64,000 nt of DNA from Candidatus Eiseniibacteriota bacterium (GTDB lineage: Bacteria; Eisenbacteria; RBG-16-71-46; CAIMUX01; VGJL01): the NCBI GenBank assembly GCA_963792585.1, contig CAWBWI010000002.1:224001-288000 (forward strand). Reading direction: 5' to 3'. The stretch's first letter is position 1; each line of letters opens with the position of its first letter. Below are positions 58,480 through 64,000 of this stretch, piece after piece. Position numbers and translations under genes: made by a program. The notes below the pieces were generated by a model, which saw only the letters and a list, made by a program, of their open reading frames with translations, was not told where the DNA came from and made no database searches.

Positions 58480-61257
58480 CTAGCCGCTGCAACCGCTCGA
58501 CGTGCCGCAGTTATCGCAGAACTCGCAGCTCCCGCGGCGGTGCATGAGCGTTCCGCAGAGCGGACAAGGTGATGCATCGGTCTCCATCTGGTAGGCGACG
58601 CGCGGCGCGGACCGACCCGCGTCGGCCTCGGTCGCTATCCCCGGCGCTTCGGGCGACGGATTCGGCATGCCCGTGTCGCCGTTGATACGATCGTGGTGGA
58701 CGATCTCGTGGTCGGGCAGGAACTTCATCGCCAGCCAGCGGAAGATGTAGTCGGCGATCGACTTCGCGAAGCGGATCTCGGGATTGCCCGTGATCCCGGA
58801 CGGCTCGAAGCGTGTGTGGACGAACTTGTCGACCAGCACCTTCATGGGCACCCCGTACTGCAGCGCGATCGAAACCGACGTTGCGAAGCAGTCGACGAGC
58901 CCGGAAACGACGCTGCCTTCCTTGGCCATGACGACGAAGATCTCGCCCGGCTTGCCGTCTTCGTACAGGCCGACCGTCAGATACCCCTCATGACCGCCGA
59001 TCGAGAACTTGTGCGTGATGGAGGTCCGTTCGTCCGGCAATCGGCGACGCGTCGGACGGGCGGCGATCCGCGATGAGGCGTCGCTTCGATTCCCATCCCC
59101 CTCCATCGAGGTGCTCAGCGGCTGGGTCCGCTTGCACCCATCGCGGTAGATCGCAATCGCCTTCAGCCCCAGCTTCCACGCCTCGGTGTAGACCTGCTCG
59201 ATCTCCTCGACCGTCGCTTCGTTGGGCATGTTGACCGTCTTGCTGATCGCGCCGGAGAGGAACGGCTGTGCGGCCGCCATCATCCGGACATGGCCCATGT
59301 AGTGAATGAACCGCTTGCCGTTTCTCGGCTTGAAGGCGCAGTCGAAGATCGAGAGATGGTCTTCGAGCAGATGGGGCGCCCCTTCGATCGTCTCGTGCTT
59401 CTCGATGTGCTCCAGGATCTCCTTGCGCTGCGTATTGCTGTAGCCGAGGTAGACGAGCGCCTCGGGGACGGAGTTGTTGACGATCTTGAGCACTCCGCCG
59501 CCCACCAGCCGCTTGTACTTGACCAGCGCGAGGTCGGGTTCGATGCCTGTCGTGTCGCAGTCCATCATGAAAGCGATCGTCCCCGTGGGGGCGAGCACCG
59601 TCACCTGGGCGTTGCGATATCCCCACCGCTCTCCGAACTCAAGCGCCTCGTCCCATACCCGCCGCGCGCCGTTCAAAAGAATCTCCGGCACCAGGGTCGG
59701 GTTGATCTTCGCGACATGGCTGCGGTGGCGGGCAATCGCGCCCAGCATCGGCTCACGGTTGACCGCAAACCCGCGGAAGGGGCCCATTACCGAGGAGATC
59801 TCCGCCGACATCCTGTACGCCTGACCGGTCATGAGCGCGGTGATCGCTCCCGCAACATGGCGGCCCGCCTCGCTGTCATAAGCCAGCCCCCTGGACATCA
59901 GGAAGGAGCCCAGGTTCGCATATCCCAGACCGAGGGGACGGAAGTCGTTGCTGTTTTGCATGATCCGTGGTGTGGGGTAGGACGCGCTGTCGACGATGAT
60001 CTCCTGCGCGAGGGTCATGATCTCGACAGCGTGGCAGAAGCCGTCCACGTCGAGATCCCCGCCCGGGGTGCGGAACCGCATCAGGTTCAAGCTCGAGAGG
60101 TTGCAGGCGGAGTCGTCGAGGAACATGTACTCGCTGCACGGGTTCGATGCGTTGATCCGCGCCGTGTTCGGGCACGTGTGCCATGTGTTGATCGTGGTGT
60201 CGAACTGAATTCCCGGATCGCCGCAGACGTGCGCGGCCTCGGCCATCTTGCGGAACACGTCGCGCGCCTTGTAGGTGTCCACAGGCTCGTTGCTCAGAAC
60301 GCCCTTCGTCTGCCAAGGTCCATCCGCCTCGACCGCACGCATGAAATCGTCGGTCACGCGGACGGAGTTGTTCGAGTTCTGGAAGAAGACGCTCGAGTAG
60401 GCGTTGCCCGTGAGCGATCCATCGTAGCCCGCGTCGATCAACGTCCAGGCCTTCTTCTCTTCCTCGGCCTTGCAGGTGACGTACTCGACGATGTCCGGAT
60501 GATCGACGTTCAGGATCACCATCTTTGCGGCGCGGCGGGTCTTGCCGCCGCTCTTGATGACGCCCGCGAAGGCATCATAGCCCCGCATGAAAGAGACGGG
60601 TCCCGAGGCCGTTCCGCCCCCGGAGAGCCGCTCCCGGCTCGATCGCAGGGGGGAGAAGTTCGTTCCGCTTCCAGAGCCCCACTTGAAGAGCATTCCCTCG
60701 GTCTTGGCGAGATCGAGGATCGATGCCATCGTGTCCTCGACGGAATTGATGAAGCACGCCGAGCATTGAGGCTTCTCCTCCACCCCGACATTGAACCAGA
60801 CGGGGCTGTTGAAGGAGGCCATCTGATAGAGCAGGAGGTGCTTCAGCTCGTCGTGGAATGCGCCGGCGTCTTCCTCGCTCGAGAAATACCCGAGCTCACG
60901 CCCCCACCTGGAAATTGTGTCGGCGACCCTGCCGATGACCTGACGAAGGCTCGATTCGCGTCCTGACTTGCCCACTGTGCCGTGGAAGTACTTCGAGGCG
61001 ACAACATTGGTGGCGATCATCGACCACGTCCGGGGGAACTCGACGCCGGGCTGCTCGAAGATCGCCTCGCCGCTTTCGTTCGTGATGACGGCGGTCCGCC
61101 TTTCCCAGCTCACGGTGTCGAACGGATCGACACCCGGCCGGGTCATCACGCGGCGGACTTTCAGTCCCTTCGCGCTCGCGTGCGTTCCGGATTCCTCGAG
61201 TGCCGGGGGAACCGCACTCCTACGCGTTCCTTCGTCGCCGATCTCCCTTGGCGTCAT
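58480..61257 (-). CDS. nrdJ: Adenosylcobalamin-dependent (class II) ribonucleotide reductase
   Basis: FNSPVWFN, PQCSACFI, KSGGKTRRAAKM, ASNPCSEY, APTGTI and GAISKTVNMP motifs. TSCPD-like C-term and a terminal CPLC...CDNCG..SGCS. Confidence 0.96.
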   Translation of the reverse strand: MTPREIGDEGTRRSAVPPALEESGTHASAKGLKVRRVMTRPGVDPFDTVSWERRTAVITNESGEAIFEQPGVEFPRTWSMIATNVVASKYFHGTVGKSGRESSLRQVIGRVADTISRWGRELGYFSSEEDAGAFHDELKHLLLYQMASFNSPVWFNVGVEEKPQCSACFINSVEDTMASILDLAKTEGMLFKWGSGSGTNFSPLRSSRERLSGGGTASGPVSFMRGYDAFAGVIKSGGKTRRAAKMVILNVDHPDIVEYVTCKAEEEKKAWTLIDAGYDGSLTGNAYSSVFFQNSNNSVRVTDDFMRAVEADGPWQTKGVLSNEPVDTYKARDVFRKMAEAAHVCGDPGIQFDTTINTWHTCPNTARINASNPCSEYMFLDDSACNLSSLNLMRFRTPGGDLDVDGFCHAVEIMTLAQEIIVDSASYPTPRIMQNSNDFRPLGLGYANLGSFLMSRGLAYDSEAGRHVAGAITALMTGQAYRMSAEISSVMGPFRGFAVNREPMLGAIARHRSHVAKINPTLVPEILLNGARRVWDEALEFGERWGYRNAQVTVLAPTGTIAFMMDCDTTGIEPDLALVKYKRLVGGGVLKIVNNSVPEALVYLGYSNTQRKEILEHIEKHETIEGAPHLLEDHLSIFDCAFKPRNGKRFIHYMGHVRMMAAAQPFLSGAISKTVNMPNEATVEEIEQVYTEAWKLGLKAIAIYRDGCKRTQPLSTSMEGDGNRSDASSRIAARPTRRRLPDERTSITHKFSIGGHEGYLTVGLYEDGKPGEIFVVMAKEGSVVSGLVDCFATSVSIALQYGVPMKVLVDKFVHTRFEPSGITGNPEIRFAKSIADYIFRWLAMKFLPDHEIVHHDRINGDTGMPNPSPEAPGIATEADAGRSAPRVAYQMETDASPCPLCGTLMHRRGSCEFCDNCGTSSGCSG

Positions 61258-61468
61258 GCCCGAACCTCCTGTTGCGCCACTCTGATCGTCCCTTGTATTT
61301 CTCGGAATGCCCTATGGCTGTCCCGCGTTCTTTCCAGCGCTTGTGACGGTAATCACGCCCCGTACCTGAGGGGCAATGCGGGACGGTAGGACGCAAGAAG
61401 GGGGGACGCAAGCAAAATCCCCCCTCCATCGACTAACAGTTTCTGACGTAGTCGGTTTTGTCGGATCG

Positions 61469-62374
61469 CTACTCCAGGACCTCGGACATGCTCGGCTGAC
61501 CCTCGAGCAAGACTTCGATGAATTTCTCCATGACCTGCGTCTTCTCCTTGCCCTTCTTGCTGATCGCGCCGAGGGGGCGCTTGAGGTCGCCGCCGGTCAG
61601 CTCAACCACCGCTAGGGTGCCGGCTTCCACCTCGCCACGTATGGTGTTCAGCGGAACGATGCTGATTCCCGCGCCGATCTCCACCGCGCGCTTGATCGTC
61701 TCAATGTTGTCGAACTCCATGACGATCTCGACGGGGACGCCGCGCTGCCGGAGAATCCTGTCGATCGCCCTGCGGGTCGGAACGTCACGCTCAAAAGCGA
61801 CGAAACGGCTGCGCGCGAGCTTCGCAAGCTCCAGTTTCCGGGACTTGGCGAGGGGATGATCGGGCTCGGTGATGAGAACGAGCTGGTCCTCTCGGAATAG
61901 CGTGACCTCGATCCCGGACCGGCGTACCGGGTAGGCGACGATCCCGATGTCGACCGTACCGCTGACCAAGTCATCGTAGATCTTGTTCGCGCGGCTGTAC
62001 TCGACGTGGATATTCGCGGAGGGGTAGCGGCGGAGGAACTCCTTCATGTATGGCGGAAGCTCGTGGAGACCGACGCTGTAGATTGTGGCCACCCGGAGGG
62101 AGCCCGCGATCGTTTTGCTTAGGACCTGGATCCGGTTCTCCATAAGCCGATAGCGATCCAAGATCTCCTTCGCGCCCTCATACAGGATTCTCCCGGCCTG
62201 CGTCGGAGCGAGATTGCGCTTCCCCCGCTCGATCAGTTTTCGGTCATACTTTTCTTCCAAGCCGCGGATCTGCTGGCTTACGGCCGATTGACTGATGTAG
62301 TTGAGCATTGCGGCCTTCGAGAAGCTCTGGGTCTCGATGACGTCGCAGAAGATCTTGAGTGTTTCAACTTGCAT
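61469..62374 (-). CDS. LysR family transcriptional regulator
   Basis: LKIFCDVIETQSFSKAAMLNYISQSAVSQQIRGLE HTH and EFDNIETIKRAVEIGAGISIVP. Confidence 0.93.
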   Translation of the reverse strand: MQVETLKIFCDVIETQSFSKAAMLNYISQSAVSQQIRGLEEKYDRKLIERGKRNLAPTQAGRILYEGAKEILDRYRLMENRIQVLSKTIAGSLRVATIYSVGLHELPPYMKEFLRRYPSANIHVEYSRANKIYDDLVSGTVDIGIVAYPVRRSGIEVTLFREDQLVLITEPDHPLAKSRKLELAKLARSRFVAFERDVPTRRAIDRILRQRGVPVEIVMEFDNIETIKRAVEIGAGISIVPLNTIRGEVEAGTLAVVELTGGDLKRPLGAISKKGKEKTQVMEKFIEVLLEGQPSMSEVLE

Positions 62375-62586
62375 CCCAACTCCCTTTCCGCCGGCCCGGC
62401 GATTAGGGGTCCTAATCCGCCGCCCACGAATGCACCTAATGGACTGATATCATAAGCAGACTTGAGTTATCAATAAGAATCCATCTTCCTTGAATGGATA
62501 CAAACGCGCGGGCTTATTGACGCTCCAGGTCCGCGGTCCCTAGGATGACCGGACCCAAGCCGCCGGACGATGGATGGAGCCAAGCA

Positions 62587-63936
62587 ATGCCCGACCCGAC
62601 CCTCGATGTCCCGACCCCAGCCGACACCGGAGGCAATCCGCCGACGGTCGCAGTCCTGAGCCTGGGGTGCCGCGCCAATCAGGAGGAGATCGAGTGCATC
62701 CTGGGATCGCTCCGGGAGCGGGGCTTCCAGCTCACCGACTTCGGGAAGCCGGCCGACTGGGTCGTGATCAATACCTGCAGCGTCACCCGTGCGGGGGAGT
62801 CCGATGCCCGGCAGATGATCCGCAAGGCGGTCCGTCAATCGGCGGGCGGACGCGTCGTGGTGACCGGCTGCTATGCCCAGATGGACCCGGTCGAGGCCGC
62901 GCGGCTCGGTGCGGATCTCGTGGTCGGCAACGCGGAGAAATGGCGCCTGCCGGACCTACTTGCGTCCGCCGCAGCCGGCACCGAGGCCTGCACCGGGATC
63001 CTCTTCGAGCCCGACCCGACCACCCGGCGTTTCCTGCGCCACGGAAACCGAGCGAGCGGCTACCGGACGCGCGCGGCCCTGAAGATCCAGGACGGTTGCG
63101 ACGAGCGCTGCACCTACTGCATCATCCCCTCGCTGCGGGGGAGGAGCGTGAGCCGCGACCCCGAGGAAGTCCTGGGTGAGGCGCGCACTCTCGTCGCCTC
63201 GGGGCATCCGGAGATCACTCTGACGGGAATCCACTCGGCTTCCTACCGGTGGGAGGGCCGCAATCTCGCCGCGCTTCTCTCGCGCCTCCTCGGAGTCCCG
63301 GGCCTCCAACGGATCCGCATCAACTCCCTCGAGCCGCAATGGGTCGACCCGGAGCTGATCGGCGTGATCGCCTCCTCGCCCCGATTTGCGCGACACCTGC
63401 ACCTGCCGCTCCAGAGCGGAGACGCAGGCGTGTTGAAGCGGATGGGGCGCGGCTATTCGCCGGACGATTACCTCAGGGTCGTCGAACGCGCCCGGCAGGA
63501 AATTCCCGGCATTGCGATCGGGGCCGATGTGATGGTCGGTTTCCCGGGGGAGGACGAGGCCGCGTTCGAGAGGACGGCCGCCCTACTGGAAACGGCTCGT
63601 CCCGCGTACCTCCATGTCTTTCCCTACTCGCCGCGAAGGGAGACCGCGGCCCTGCGCCTCCCCGGCGGGGTCGATCCGCGCACGGCCCGCGCACGAGCCG
63701 CACGGCTCGCCCGCCTCGATCGCGACCTGCGGGCGAGCTTCCTGCGGGAGAGCGACGGTGAGGAGCACGAGATCTTGCTCGAGGCGAAGCGGGACCCGCA
63801 AGGGCGCCTCTCGGGGCTGACGGACACGTTCATCCGCGTGGTGGTCGTCACCGATCGGCCGGCGGGCTCATGGGTCCGTGTCCGGCTGTGCTGGACCGGG
63901 GACCCCCGGCAGATGGTCGGGGAGATCCTTCCATGA
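62587..63936 (+). CDS. mtaB: tRNA t6A37 methylthiotransferase MtaB
   Basis: LGCRANQEE, INTCSVT, VTGCYAQ, RAALKIQDGCDERCTYCIIP, HLHLPLQSG and HVFPYSPRRET motifs. Confidence 0.9.
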   Translation: MPDPTLDVPTPADTGGNPPTVAVLSLGCRANQEEIECILGSLRERGFQLTDFGKPADWVVINTCSVTRAGESDARQMIRKAVRQSAGGRVVVTGCYAQMDPVEAARLGADLVVGNAEKWRLPDLLASAAAGTEACTGILFEPDPTTRRFLRHGNRASGYRTRAALKIQDGCDERCTYCIIPSLRGRSVSRDPEEVLGEARTLVASGHPEITLTGIHSASYRWEGRNLAALLSRLLGVPGLQRIRINSLEPQWVDPELIGVIASSPRFARHLHLPLQSGDAGVLKRMGRGYSPDDYLRVVERARQEIPGIAIGADVMVGFPGEDEAAFERTAALLETARPAYLHVFPYSPRRETAALRLPGGVDPRTARARAARLARLDRDLRASFLRESDGEEHEILLEAKRDPQGRLSGLTDTFIRVVVVTDRPAGSWVRVRLCWTGDPRQMVGEILP

Positions 63937-64000
63937 GAACCGATGCCCGCCCCCGAATCTATCTCGAGACCTACGGCTGCCAGATGAACGAGGCCGACAC
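63933..64000 (+). CDS. miaB: tRNA i6A37 methylthiotransferase MiaB, 5' end only
   Basis: MRTDARPRIYLETYGCQMNEAD. ATGA overlap with mtaB. Confidence 0.8.
   Translation, partial: MRTDARPRIYLETYGCQMNEAD

Noticed and set aside
61258..61468. Cobalamin riboswitch or NrdR box upstream of nrdJ
   Set aside because: I could not find a B12-box or an NrdR palindrome by eye. An Infernal/Rfam scan would settle it.

Overview
High-GC bacterial chromosome segment with about 42 protein-coding genes and no rRNA, tRNA, CRISPR array or mobile element that I could recognise. Several secreted proteins with FlgD-Ig/T9SS-like C-terminal tails and a homodimeric GlyRS suggest an FCB-related lineage such as Candidatus Eisenbacteria (inference only). 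The left part is accessory: a frameshifted PIG-L deacetylase; a hemerythrin / two c-type cytochromes / PNPOx / PNPOx-GAF-wHTH regulator module preceded by phased direct repeats; a Cys-rich leader ORF and a CzcBA-like heavy-metal RND operon; an acyl-CoA dehydrogenase; and a sensor kinase, FixJ-type regulator and receiver module with a B12-radical SAM enzyme. The middle has an unannotated selenoprotein, peptidases, murJ, tonB and outer-membrane or secreted proteins. The right has housekeeping and B12 genes (glyQS, suhB, a frameshifted methylmalonyl-CoA mutase, pduO, nrdJ, a LysR regulator, mtaB, miaB). The top observations are: (1) two adjacent minus-strand ORFs are one 620-aa Tat-type selenoprotein with an in-frame UGA (UxxS thioredoxin motif) and an fdhF-like SECIS; (2) a putative flavin/GAF one-component redox-sensing system with a candidate operator; (3) a stand-alone transcript with an extended Shine-Dalgarno, an 11-aa peptide and a structured RNA; (4) a candidate metal-sensing leader peptide. 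All product calls come from motif recognition by eye; no database searches were run.
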